Origin: Eledone cirrhosa
Lineage: Eukaryota
Assembly (NCBI GenBank): GCA_964016885.1
Contig: OZ024744.1
Coordinates: 53,754,001 to 53,818,000 of the forward strand
Direction of reading: 5' to 3'
Length of the DNA: 64,000 nt
A program made the position numbers and the translations under genes. Numbering within the stretch: the first letter of the stretch is position 1; every line of letters begins with the position of its first letter. This document shows, piece after piece, positions 38,464 through 51,470 of the stretch. The notes under the pieces are model-generated. The model did not search any database and had not been told where the DNA came from. It worked only from the letters and a program-made list of their open reading frames with translations.

Positions 38464-38880
38464 TTGTTATACTTTGGGAGGGTCATGTTGCCAATAAGAA
38501 ACACACGAACCAGTTGCTTTCACTTCAATTTATTATAATAAATTTATAAATTTAGGAATTTATAAATTTCCGGTTGGTTGGTTGGTTGGTTCCACCACCA
38601 GACGGTTGTTTATATATTGTCAAAGTTCTTTCGTCACACATTCTGTGACCTCTTCAGTGACTGGGGGTTATTTTCTTTGTTTTTTGTGCCTCCCCTTTGT
38701 TCTGTCGTACGCCATCTTGTTTTTGCTTTTGACACACAAAAAATTTATAAATTGACACACAAAAAATTTATAAATTCCTATATTTATAAATGTATTATAA
38801 TAAATTGAAATGAAAGCAACTGGTGCGTGTGTTTCTTTTTGGCAACATGACCCCCCCCCCCCCCCCCAAGTATAACAATA
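38464..38880. repeat. Foldback unit with inverted arms of about 90 bp
   Basis: ttgttatactt..gtcatgttgccaa..ttgctttca..aatttattataata mirrored at 38792-38880. Confidence 0.85.
38619..38661 (-). ncRNA. Minimal type I hammerhead ribozyme
   Basis: Minus: gtca CTGAAGA g gtcac agaat gtgac GAAA g aa c TT tgac. Confidence 0.75.
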
Positions 38881-38967
38881 TCGGTTTCAACACACGTTTT
38901 CAGATAAAGAATCTTGCTAAACAAATTCAGAAACGAAATATATATATATATTAAAATAACAGATTAA

Positions 38968-39018
38968 AGTTTAAGCAAATATTCGTTGCTTTCACCCTTA
39001 ATGGGATCTTCTGAAACT
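38968..39018 (-). ncRNA. Hammerhead fold, CAGAAGA family
   Basis: Minus: agttt CAGAAGA t ccc attaa ggg t GAAA gcaa cgaatat ttgc TT aaact. Confidence 0.55.
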
Positions 39019-39569
39019 AAAATAATAAATCTGTGAACGCAGAAGTAAATATTTCGAAAAACGTTACACACTATATATATACATATATACACACACACCG
39101 CGTCATAATGTCGTAATGCAGACAGCCAGGCATACAGACAGATATTAAAAGGGCGCAACGTTATATCTATGTATCGATCTAAAAAGAGAAAGACTAAGAA
39201 TTATAGAGAGAAACTGCTAAATCGCCTAATGTGGTCGGTAGGACATTGAAAATTTGACATATTATTTGATAAAAACACACAATAACATACGTATTACACG
39301 TGTAAAGTATGAAAACAATCGGTTGGGTGGTTCTCGAGTTTTAGTGATCGGACAGACAGACATTCTCTGTTTTAGATATATAGACTAGCAGAATGGCCTG
39401 GCGTTGCTCGGGAGTTGCTCTAGGGTTCTTATATATTTGATATACATTTATGCTTATCGAGCCTCTTGAAATAAATACGTTTGTTTACATTTTGTTATTG
39501 TATATGCAAAAATATCTGTACACGAATATATAATTATATGTATATATATATATATATATATGAATGTAT

Positions 39570-40089
39570 ATATACTGTATTTTGCAATACACTGTATGCT
39601 TAATTAAAAGCATTTCGAAGACCTTACGCTATTGTTTTAAAGTAGTGACAGTATCACTTACTTTAAATTTTCAGCAAACAAGGGAGATAAAGCATACAGT
39701 GTTTTGCAAAATACACTATATATACATTCATATATATATATCGCTATTTCAGAGCGTCAATTCTAATTTTCAATTTCTGCTTGACCGGCAACCGCTCTGT
39801 ATAATCAGTTCCTGACTATTACTAGAAATTCTATAAGAATCAAACATTCATGATTTTCAGCAAACAGGTAGAGTACTTGGCTTTGATAAGCACCAATCAG
39901 TACAAAACAGAGCTCTGTCAGCTTTATCTCCTTTGTTTGCTGAAAATTTGAAGTAAGTGAGACTGTCACTACTTTAAAACAATAGCGTAAGGTCTTTCAA
40001 ATGCTTTTAATTAAGCATACAGTGTATTTCAAAATACACTATATATACATTCATATATATATCGCTATTTCAGAGCGCCAATTCTAATT
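39570..40089. repeat. Inverted + direct repeat unit
   Basis: 39570-39692 inverted at 39921-40046; 39692-39768 directly repeated at 40016-40089. Confidence 0.8.
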
Positions 40090-40728
40090 ATATATATTAA
40101 AATAACAGATTAAAGTTTTAGCATAGAATCGCTGCTTTGACCCTTGGCGGGATCTTCTGAAACTAAAAAAATCAATCTGTGAACGCAGAAGTAAATATTT
40201 TGAAAAACGTCATACACTATATATATATATATACACACACACTATATATATACATATATACACACACACACACACACCGCGTCATAATGTCGTCATGCAG
40301 ACAGCCAGATATTATAAGGGCGCAACGTTATATCTATGTACCTATCTAAAAAGAGAAAGACTAAAAAGTATAGAGAGAGTTCGCTAAATCGCCTAATGCG
40401 GGCTCTAGGGCATTGAAAATTTGAAATATGTTTTGCTGAAAACACTCACAGGACCATAAGTATTACATGTGTAAAGGTTGAAAACAATCGGTTGGGTGGT
40501 TCTCGGATTTTAGTGATCGGACAGATAGACAGACAGACAGATATTCTCTGCTTTAGATGACTAGCAGAATGGCCCGGCGCTGCTCGGGATTTACTCTATG
40601 GTTCTTATATATTTGATGTATATTTATCCTTATCCAGCCTCGTAAAATCAATACGTTTGTTTATATTTTGTTATTTTGTATCCAAAAATATCTGTTTTGT
40701 TATTGTGTATACAAAAATATCTCTACAC

Positions 40729-40821
<93 letters not shown>

Positions 40822-40832
40822 TAACAGATTAA

Positions 40833-40883
40833 AGTTTAAGCAAAGAATTGCTGCTTTCACCCTTAACGAGATCTTCTGAAACT
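40833..40883 (-). ncRNA. Hammerhead fold, CAGAAGA family (more decayed copy at 40114-40164)
   Basis: Minus: agttt CAGAAGA t ctc gttaa ggg t GAAA gcag caattct ttgc TT aaact. Confidence 0.55.
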
Positions 40884-41768
40884 AAAATAATAAATCTGTG
40901 AACGCCGAAGTAAATATTTCGAAAAACGTTACACACTATATATATATATACATATATATATACACACACCGCGTCATTATGTTGTAATGCAGACAGCCAG
41001 GCATACAGACATATATTAGAAGGGCGCAACGTTATATCTATGTATCGATCTAAAAAGAGAAAGACTAAGAATTATAGAGAGACTGCTAAATCACCTAATG
41101 TGGTCAACAGGACATGGAAAATTTGAAATATTATTTGCTAAAAACACTCAGAGGAACATAAATATTACATGTGTAAAGTTTGAAAACAATCGGTTGGGTG
41201 ATTCTCGAGTTTTAGTGATCGGACAGACAGACATTCTCTGTTTTAAATATATAGACTAGCAGAATGGCCTGGCGTTGCTCGGGAGTTGCTCTAGGGTTCT
41301 TATATATTTGATATATATTTATCCTTATCGAGCCTCTTGAAATAAATACATTTGTTTACATTTTGTTATTGTGTATGCAAAATTATCTGTACACGAATAT
41401 ATAATTATATATATATAATTATATATATATATAAACGGAATAAATGAAACGAAATTTCATTTCCCTCTCTTAGTACGGCTGTTACTTAAATATAAGTATG
41501 TATACGTACATACATATATGTATACAGACGTACAGTAGTATGTATGTATATATACATACATGCACACATATATATGTACGTATGGATTCACCGAACATTT
41601 ATTATAATGCTCGTTTGTATATATTTTGTTATTGTGTATACAAAAATATCTGTACACGCATATATATATATATATATAATGGAACAATTAGAACAGGGAC
41701 AAAACAGAGAGGCAGTACAATAAATGTTTATTAATTTCACGCTCAGGAGAGTGGGGGGTAGGTGGGGG

Positions 41769-41800
41769 ACGACGTTTCGGGCATAAGCCCTTCCTCAGGT
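41769..41800 (-). ncRNA. Hammerhead core typical of PLE termini, weak stem I
   Basis: Minus: ac CTGAGGA a gggc ttat gccc GAAAC GTC gt. Confidence 0.55.
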
Positions 41801-42594
41801 GAGAAGTGTGTGGGAACAGAGTTCAAAAGGTGTGTAGGGGAGTGGTGGAGAGACATATAGCGAAAGGAAACGGTGCGAATGAAAACTTAACAAATAAAGA
41901 TAAAAAATAAAAATAAAGCATGATCAAAATACAAGGAATGAGAAAATTAAAAAATAGAGGCATGATCAAAATAAACTGAAATTAAAAGGGGGGTAAACAG
42001 GTGGTGGAAGGGTGTGGGATGAGTAGGGGTGGTGGCGGGTGGAGTGGGGAGAGCGAGACGGGTGTCCGAGCGGAGAGGGCTGAAGGTGGTGTGTGTGTGT
42101 AGGTGTGCGTGTGTGTGTGTGTGTGTATGTGAAAGTAAGGGTTGGGGAAGAACGGGGTTGCATGTTCAGGAAGAGGTGTGTGTGGGGGGTGTTTTTGTGG
42201 GTCGGAGTGTCTGTGCGTGTGTGGATAGGGGGTGGGGGGAGAGGAATCAGGAGGCTGAGGGTGTAAATATGTGGTGGGAAGCACGTGCGTGTGGGGTTTA
42301 AGCGTGTTGTGGGTGTGGGTGGAGTGTGGAGAAAAAAACTTTTTGGGGGTGTGTGTGTGGATGAGGTATATAAGTGATGACGTAAGAGGATGGTTGAAAA
42401 GTTGGTAAGTTCCAAGGATGCTAGGAGGATTGGTTATAAGTCAAATTCTGCGTGTGGGTAATCCATGAAGCGGTGGTCGGAAGAGGTGGTATATATATAT
42501 ATATATATATGAATCATCGAGCGCTTGCCACACATCTCGGAAGTTGTTTTTCGTTAATTCCTGAGCGGAAATACGATTCTCGCTAATTAATATT

Positions 42595-42703
<109 letters not shown>

Positions 42704-42711
42704 CAGATTAA

Positions 42712-42762
42712 AGTTTAAGCAAATAATCGCTGCTTTCACCCTTAACGGGATCTTCTGAAACT
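42712..42762 (-). ncRNA. Hammerhead fold, CAGAAGA family
   Basis: Minus: agttt CAGAAGA t ccc gttaa ggg t GAAA gcag cgattat ttgc TT aaact. Confidence 0.55.
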
Positions 42763-43130
42763 AAAACTATCAATCTGTGAACCCAGAAGTAAATATTTCG
42801 AGATGTTTTTGTCTATGCAAAACTACCTGTCAGTGATGCATGTGATTATGTAATCGGATGCCTTTTTTGTTTATATTTTGTGTTTGTGGATGCAAAAATA
42901 TATGTACACGAATATCTATATTAAAATGGCCCGGCATTTCTCGGGATTTGCTCTAGGGTTCTTGTATATTTGATATATATTTATCCTTATCGAGCCTCGT
43001 GAAATAAATACGGTTGTTTATATTTTGTTATTGTGTATGCAAAAATATCTGTACACGTATATATATATATATATATATATATTATGAAAATAAAACAAAG
43101 AAGCCTTCAATACATCAAAAGTCTTTATTA

Positions 43131-43168
43131 GCCAACAATGTTTCGTCCTACTAAGGACTTATCAGGGC
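43131..43168 (-). ncRNA. PLE 3' hammerhead (G8A)
   Basis: Minus: gcc CTGATAA gtcct tagt aggac GAAAC att GTT ggc. Confidence 0.7.
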
Positions 43169-44870
43169 AATTAAAACCACAAGAAGTACTATCGGCCAAT
43201 ACAAGCCAAAAACTCCGAAGAATATCGAGTGTACATACACTAAAGTATTGGAAGATTATGGGTAAAAATATATAATAAAAATCACTAAGGAGGTGGATAA
43301 GATTTTGAACCATATTACAAATATAGTCCAAAGCAAAAAACATCTAGAGCTAAACAAAGGTGGTTATATAGAGCGGGAATTATATATAATACAATATAAT
43401 ATAATATAATATAATATAATATACTTGTAACAATATTAAAATTAAAATTAAAAATTAAGATTAAAAGGCAAAATATACATATGTATATATGTACGCACAC
43501 GTACGCACATATACATATACATCAATACACATATCCATCATTAACAGCACAAATTAAACCTTATTAAGAGTTTAAATATAAATAAGCATAATAGGAATAA
43601 AAATAATAATAATACGTATATCTAATATACATGAAGTAATGGAATGATTAAAAGTAACACATATAATATATAATAATATAATATATAATAAACTATATAA
43701 TTATATAATATATAATATAATATAATAGATAATCTCCGGTTAATTTACACAAACAATATAGATGTCACAATAATACTATAATAATAATATAATAATATAT
43801 AATATATAATGGCATGTAAGTTAACAAATCAATTCATATAGAGTTACAGAGTAGGTGAGAAAAAATATAAATTGTACAATACCCAAAATTATGATGGTAC
43901 AAAAATATAAACATCTTACATGATATATAAAATTTAACATCAAAATGGTTCATAAAATCATCGGTAAGTAATAAGGATCAATAGTACAATAACAACTTCA
44001 ATATAAAATAATGAACATAATATAATATATAATTACTTATAAATACAAGGTTGGTAAACAGACATCTATGTGGATGAGTGAATAAGGGCCAGACAGAAAA
44101 TAGTATGCACAGTAGTATTAATAAATAAATAAATAAAATTAACCGGAAATTAAAAAACAAAAACAAAAGTATTTACTTAGGTCTCACATTCAGTTAAGTA
44201 AAAACTTACCAAACCCTATCTGATAAATTAATATCGAAAACCCTATCTGATAAATTAATATTGAAAATATTTAAAATACCTAATAAGGCAATACAATATT
44301 AGCTATAGTTTAAGTCATCAAAATTCCTAAACATTAATATTTCACTATAAATATATATATGAAGGAATGAAATATTCTACTATCATTTACAAAACGATAT
44401 CTAAAAAAACTGAATTAAGCAGAATTATGGTAGGCTAATAGGGACAGAAAAAAAGAAATGTATGGAGGATACAAAGGAGCATAAAATCATAATCAATATA
44501 CTGTATTATATAATAGAAAGGAGCATAAAAGAGGGGGGGATTAAATATAATCATAATATATTTGAAGGGGTTGACAATAAGTTTATGTGTGCATGTGGGG
44601 GGGGGGAGGGGGGTTATCCAAAGAAGAATCCAAATAAAATAAAATAAAATGAAATAAAATAAAATAATATAAGATATATAATCATACATATACTCATAAG
44701 GTGTTAATAGTGAAAATTTAATGTGTAAGAAGATAGATATGGTATAGTAGCCAAAGGATTATGAGACCTAGAATAAAAAGTTGTCAAAAACCAATGATAA
44801 TAATGATGATAATAATGGTGGTAAACAAAAAGAACCTAAACTAAAAAAAATAAGTAATGGAATATATCAG

Positions 44871-47559
44871 CTAATGGATACAATTTATACTACTAGAACC
44901 TTTACGTTTATAATAAAAGTAAGAATTAGAAATAGCGTGGGGGCAAGAAGAGAATATCTCAGACTTTCTATTAAGTAAGTATTCACTAGAGAAAATTATA
45001 GAGTGTGTCTCGAGGATACAGAGATTACAAAATTTAGTATGTGTAGAAAGGTTATTAGAGCGTGCTACTAAACGCCAATTAAGGCTATATGGTATATTAG
45101 CCCCCTTAAGATCCCAGATATAGTGTGCTAAAGAAGTAGAATTCTTAAACTTAACATGTTTGAAATTAAAGATATGAGAATTAAATCCAGTCTTAAAAGT
45201 GTTAGATGTAGAGCCTATATAAGTTCTATTAGAGGAATTAGTTATAACTACGCAAGCATAGACGATGTTCTTAGAGAGGCAGTTACCGTTTAAAGGGCAG
45301 TTAGCACTCACTCTACAGTTACATTTCCGGGTGCTATTGATTGGCTGAAGTAGTGATGCATTACACGTAGGATTACTATTAGATAAGGTCTGCTCTGGTG
45401 GTAAGGCATTTACAGATCTGTTCAGACTAGTCGTATGTAGAGAGGAGTATCCATCCCTAATTTTCCTATTGTTAGTGCTAGCTAAATGAGAACTAATATT
45501 AGGGGTGGTAGAGAATGAAAGTTTAATAACATTTTTATTAAAAATACTATGGTATTTATGAGATGGGGGGACATTTTTCTCTAAGATAGAAAAGAAAGAC
45601 CTAGGGATATTAGTTAATACTTGCTGATTATATGGCGGGTTAAAATAAGTATTTAGTCTCCTTCTATTTTTATCCTTTCCGACTCTACCATTATCTAATA
45701 TCCCATTATTAAGACTAGGGTTATTACAAGGATTAGTTAAAACCGCATTATTAGAATCAGCCAAAATTCCATTAAGTCTATTACTGTTTCTACCTCTAGT
45801 AGATCTGCTGCCGTCTGGAATCCCATCAAAAGGATTAGGGCCAATAATAGGATCAGTAGAAACAACATTATTAGAATTAGATCTAGCAAAATCATCACCA
45901 ATGAGTGAGCGCTCAGAGTGTTCGACTTGTTTCCTAGAGGTATTATATTCTCTATTACGAGTCCGGTGGGTTAACTTATGGATGGGTTCAGATACACAGA
46001 TGTAATTTCTACGATTATTATGCTTCCTACTCCCATTCATGACCATGTTATGTGATATTATGTTATTATTATTATAAGTAAGCGGAGACTTTCTAAGGTT
46101 ACTATTATTATAATGTATTTTACTAGAGTAACCGGAATTAGCTAGGGCATTATTATAGTACTCCGCATGTTCATTAAATGTTCCTACGTCCTTAGAGAGT
46201 GTGGAAATCCTATTAGATACACCCTTAATTATAGAGCTTATCATAGATTTGGGGTGGTTAGAATCGGGACTAACGTAAGAAAGTATTTCATTAGGCTTAT
46301 GGAAGGGTTTAAAACTATTAGTAACCAAGTCCAAAGTTACATCTAAGAAGTTGACCGCTCTATCGTTTCTATCTATCGTGATCGAAATGTTATAGCTTTT
46401 AAAAAACGTATAAAGCTTCTTATTATTATGCTCGACATTGTTGGTGCTAGAGTTAATAACAAACAATGCATCATCACGATATAGTCCGCCATTAAGGTGC
46501 GGAAAGGTTACATATAGTTCATTTAGGAGGAACAACCCAACAAGATCAGTTACCTGGGCCGAATCACTCGAACCCATTGTAACGTCGAAATTGTTGGGCG
46601 TGTTTTTACGGGTCCAAAATGTGACCTCAAAATTAATAATAGTTATACGGGCTGCTAGTATAATATCTACCTGTGATCGTGTAAGGCTGGACACTCTCAT
46701 GGCCAACATTAAGGCTTTATTGAGGAGGATGGGTGAAATCGATGTGTAGTAGGCATCAATATCGAACTGGATAAAATTATTAGATTCAAGTTTATTAATC
46801 CCAGAGAACCAATCTATAACTTCCTTAGTGTTCCTCCATAGGTTAAAATTAACTTTATCCCTAACATCTGGTATAATAAGGTCAAGGATTTGTTTTACTG
46901 GTTATGGCTATATCGGACTTAGAAGGACAGATGAGTCTAACAGAGGGGTTACTATTAAAGTCTACCTTATGATCCTTAAGAGTGAATATCGGTTCTCTAG
47001 GGTAATATGGCTGGGTATACTAATCAAGGCCGAGGTCCGAGACCATTTTAAGACCCTCACTATTGATATGGTTCAAATTATCTAGCGTAGTCTTTTTATA
47101 ATTTCTATGCAGCTCCTTATAAATAAAGTCCCGGTAAGCACTGTAATCCATAGAGTATAGATTCTTAGTCTTATCCGCCGGGACAAGAATAGACTTATTC
47201 GCACTAAAACCCTTAACAATATTTTTAAGTCTAGACTGGAACTTATCAAATTTATTATAATTTCTATGTCTATTATTTGGCCTATACTTAATATTTTTGA
47301 CAAGAGAGAGTAAGTCACTTTCAAAATTATCTAATAGAACATTATGTGGTGGGCTCTTATAAGTTTTGAAGCCATAGTTATTAAAATTTGTTCTATTCCT
47401 GGGGTCCTTCCTATTCCTATTAATATCATAGTGGAAAGCACGCCATCTAATCCTTTTTACGAAGGAGTTAACACTAGCAATCAATAGTTTTTCGTAAGTA
47501 TTCTTAGAAGGGGTGGGAATATTCTTCAGAGATAAAGGCAGGTAACTATTTGTTAGCAT
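44871..47559 (-). pseudogene. PLE polyprotein (RT + GIY-YIG), near-intact
   Basis: SLKNIP, ADKTKNLY, TLKDHK, FDVTMGSSDSA, LYRDD, NFLDV, YFNPP, CNC..CPLNGNC, IVY..YIG; in-frame TAG at 47020-47022 and a frameshift near 46900. Confidence 0.93.
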
Positions 47560-49670
47560 ACTGTCAGATATATATATATAAAGGCCAAAACACCAGTATA
47601 TAGGAGGAAGCTCAACCAATCGGGAGCAGTGACAAGGATTAAAATACTGGAGCGTGTTGGAGTTAAACACCCTCTTCGTATTATAGAAATGACAGTAAAA
47701 GGTATAGCTCAATGTAATTAAACAGAGACGAAGAATTATGAAAATAAAACAAAGAAGCCTTCAATACATCAGATAGATATGGTATAGTAGCCAAAAGATT
47801 ATGAGAGCTAGAATAAAAAGTTGTCATAAACCAATGATAATAATGATGATAATAATGGTGGTAAACAAAAAGAACCTAAACTAAAAATAATAAGTAATGG
47901 AATATATCAGCTAATGGATACAATTTATACTACTAGAACCTTTAGGTTTATAATAAAAGTAAGAATTAGAAATAGCGTGGGGGCAAGAAGAGAATATCTC
48001 AGACTTTCTTTTTGTTTACCACCATTATTATCATCATTATTATCATCATTATTATCATTGGTTTTTGACAACTTTTTATTCTAGGTCTCATAATCTTTTG
48101 GCTACTATACCATATCTATCTTCTTACACATTAAATTTTCACTATTAACACCTTATGAGTATATGTATGATTATATATCTTATATTATTTTATTTTATTT
48201 CATTTTATTTTATTTTATTTGGATTCTTCTTTGGATAACCCTCCCCCCACATGCACACATAAACTTATTGTCAACACCTTCAAATATATTATGATTATAT
48301 TTAATCCCCCCCTTTTTTATGCTCCTTTCTATTATATAATATAGTATATTGATTATGATGTTATGCTCCTTTGTATCCTTCATACATTTCTTTTTTTCTG
48401 TCCCTATTAGCCTACCATAATTCTGCTTAAGTCAGTTTTTTTAGATATCGTTTTGTAAATGATAGTAGAATATTTCATTCCTTCATATATATATTTATAG
48501 TGAAATATTAATGTTTAGGAATTTTGATGACTTAAACTATAGCTAATATTGTATTGCCTTATTAGGTATTTTAAATATTTTCAATATTAATTTATCAGAT
48601 AGGGTTTTCGATATTAATTTATCAGATAGGGTTTGGTAAGTTTTTACTTAACTGAATGTGAGACCTAAGTAAATACTTTTGTTTTTGTTTTTTAATTTCG
48701 GTTAATTTTATTTATTTATTTATTAATACTACTGTGCATACTATTTTCTGTCTGGCCCTTATTCACTCATCCACATAGATGTCTGTTTACCAACCTTGTA
48801 TTTATAAGTAATTATATATTATATTATGTTCATTATTTTATATTGAAGTTGTTATTGTACTATTGATCCTTATTACTTACCGATGATTTTATGAACCATT
48901 TTGATGTTAAATTTTATATATCATGTAAGATGTTTATATTTTTGTACCATCATAATTTTGGGTATTGTACAATTTATATTTTTTCTCACCTACTCTGTAA
49001 CTCTATATGAATTGATTTGTTAACTTACATGCCATTATATATTATATATTATTATATTATTATTATAGTATTATTTTGACATCTATATTGTTTGTGTAAA
49101 TTAACCGGAGATTATCTATTATATTATATTATATATTATATAATTATATAGTTTATTATATATTATATTATTATATATTATATGTGTTACTTTTAATCAT
49201 TCCATTACTTCATGTATATTAGATATACGTATTATTATTATTTTTATTCCTATTATGCTTATTTATATTTAAACTCTTAATAAGGTTTAATTTGTGCTGT
49301 TAATGATGGATATGTGTATTGATGTATATGTATATGTGCGTACGTGTGCGTACATATATACATATGTATATTTTGCCTTTTAATCTTAATTTTTAATTTT
49401 AATTTTAATATTGTTACAAGTATATTATATTATATTATATTATATTGTATTATATATAATTCCCGCTCTATATAACCACCTTTGTTTAGCTCTAGATGTT
49501 TTTTGCTTTGGACTATATTTGTAATATGGTTCAAAATCTTATCCACCTCCTTAGTGATTTTTATTATATATTTTTACCCATAATCTTCCAATACTTTAGT
49601 GTATGTACACTCCATATTCTTCGGAGTTTTTGGCTTGTATTGGCCGATAGTACTTCTTGTGGTTTTAATT

Positions 49671-49708
49671 GCCCTCATGAGTCCTTAATAGGACGAAACA
49701 TTGTTGGC
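49671..49708 (+). ncRNA. Hammerhead in the inverted arm (G5C)
   Basis: gcc CTCATGA gtcct taat aggac GAAAC att GTT ggc. Confidence 0.65.
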
Positions 49709-49858
49709 TAATAAAGACTTTTGATGTATTGAAGGCTTCTTTGTTTTATTTTCATAATTCTTCGGCTCTGTTTAATTACATTGAGCTATACCTTTTACTG
49801 TCATTTCTATAATACGAAGAGGGTTTTTAACTCCAACATGCTCCAGTATTTTAATCCT

Positions 49859-49899
<41 letters not shown>

Positions 49900-50486
49900 A
49901 CAGAGGTATCCACAGTAAGTTGTGGGGGTCTATTCTGCATGAAGAATTCGATGTAATCCATATGTTGAAAATGTTGTAGGTTAAGATAAATCCCGGAAAA
50001 CAATAAAACTTTAAAAAGAAAACAGAGTCATGACATAAGTTAAAACAACGAAATAAAAAATTAAGTCATTAGAGATATACTTCACTTCTTTACGATAGTT
50101 TCTAGATGAGGATAATACATTGTAGCTATACTCTGTTATTGATCTATGTAAGATTAGTTACAAAATATCAAATAAAGAGAATATTTACTTACATGCATAT
50201 CACCAGCAGTTTTCAAAAGCAATAATAATTTTATTCAGAATTAGTAGTATGTTAGTATCATGTCCTTATTTGGAGATAGTTTTAAGAACTAATCAACCAA
50301 ATTGTTTTTTTCATATGGTGTTAAGATGAAAAGTAATACACTTTAGTTGAGGTCATGACCTTTTGAAAGGAATGGTTGAATGGTGTTAATAGTAGAATTG
50401 GCATACAAATCTATTAGGAGGAAAGGGATTGTCAAACTGATAGTTGAATGTATCTGGTATAGTGAAGTTTAAAAGGAATGTAACAT

Positions 50487-50677
50487 TAATTGTTTCTACT
50501 TTTGGCACAAGGCCAGCAATTACCCAGTACATTACTGATAATTTATTTTATCGACCCCGTAAGGATGAAAGGCAAAGTTAACCTTGGCGGGATTTGAACT
50601 CAGAATGGCAAGGGCCGTAACTCTATGCGTCAAAGCATGGCGTCCGATCCTCTACCGATACTGCCAATCCCCCGCCC
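50487..50677 (-). mobile_element. SINE family A
   Basis: Reverse-complement copy. Confidence 0.85.
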
Positions 50678-51419
50678 TTTGGGTGTAACATTAATGGTGA
50701 TTAGTGTTGTATTGAGTTTTTAGGTGAATATAAATTAAAGTTATGGGTAGGAAAGATAGTATATTAAAAGATGAAAATTATAATAAGATAATGAAATACA
50801 GTGATGCGATAATATACAACATAACCAACACAATATAGTACGGTGTGGTAAATTGCACTTAGTATAATACAGCCTATGATACGCTCTAAAATACTATCAT
50901 GTATGTTTATGTATAAATAATCAAACTCAGATAAATACATGTTGGCATTATTAAAACACATAAATTTCATAGAATTGAAAGTGCATATATCCACACTATA
51001 TATAGAGAGGTACAGTTACATTGATATCCAACCAAAAATATACATACGCACAAATAGATGCAAACCTAAACACATATTTACACATGTGCACATAATCATA
51101 TACACACATATCCATACATATCTATATATGCACATACACACCTATACCCACACATACACATATATATATATATACACACCTACACATATATATATATATA
51201 TATATATACATATATACATACACATATATCTGTGTATGTACAGACCTCATACATGTACACACACTCATATATAAACACTCATACACATATTCTCACATAT
51301 ACACACACACAAACACACATATATATATACACAATACACCCACATACATATACATATATATATATATATATATTAAAATACAAATATTAATAAAATAGAT
51401 GTTCTTTTGATCAATTACA

Positions 51420-51470
51420 TTTTATTATACATATTTCGGATGTACAACAGTACGTCCTCATCAGACAAAA
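51420..51470 (-). ncRNA. Type I hammerhead ribozyme (inverted arm)
   Basis: Minus: ttttgt CTGATGA gga cgtac tgtt gtaca tcc GAAA tatgta TA ataaaa. Confidence 0.72.

Larger units (their letters stand above)
38950..41400 (+). mobile_element. Tandem Helitron/HINE-like units (three), plus partial copy at 42700-43060
   Basis: Head-to-tail junctions ..acagacattctctg..tatag|actagcagaatggcc.ggcg.tgctcggga at 39384, 40560, 41255. Confidence 0.65.
38265..41615. repeat. Composite block bounded by about 190-bp inverted repeats
   Basis: 38265-38454 is a diverged reverse complement of 41429-41615. Confidence 0.85.
43081..49860 (-). mobile_element. Penelope-like element with about 1.75-kb inverted terminal duplication, flanked by (AT)n
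   Basis: 43081-44830 inverted at 48007-49758; short direct repeats 47736-47771 = 43081-43116 and 47772-48009 = 44732-44969. Confidence 0.92.

Noticed and set aside
38950-41400. CRISPR-like or satellite array
   Set aside because: Units are hundreds of bp with Helitron-like junctions; no short repeat-spacer pattern or cas genes, and the context is eukaryotic.
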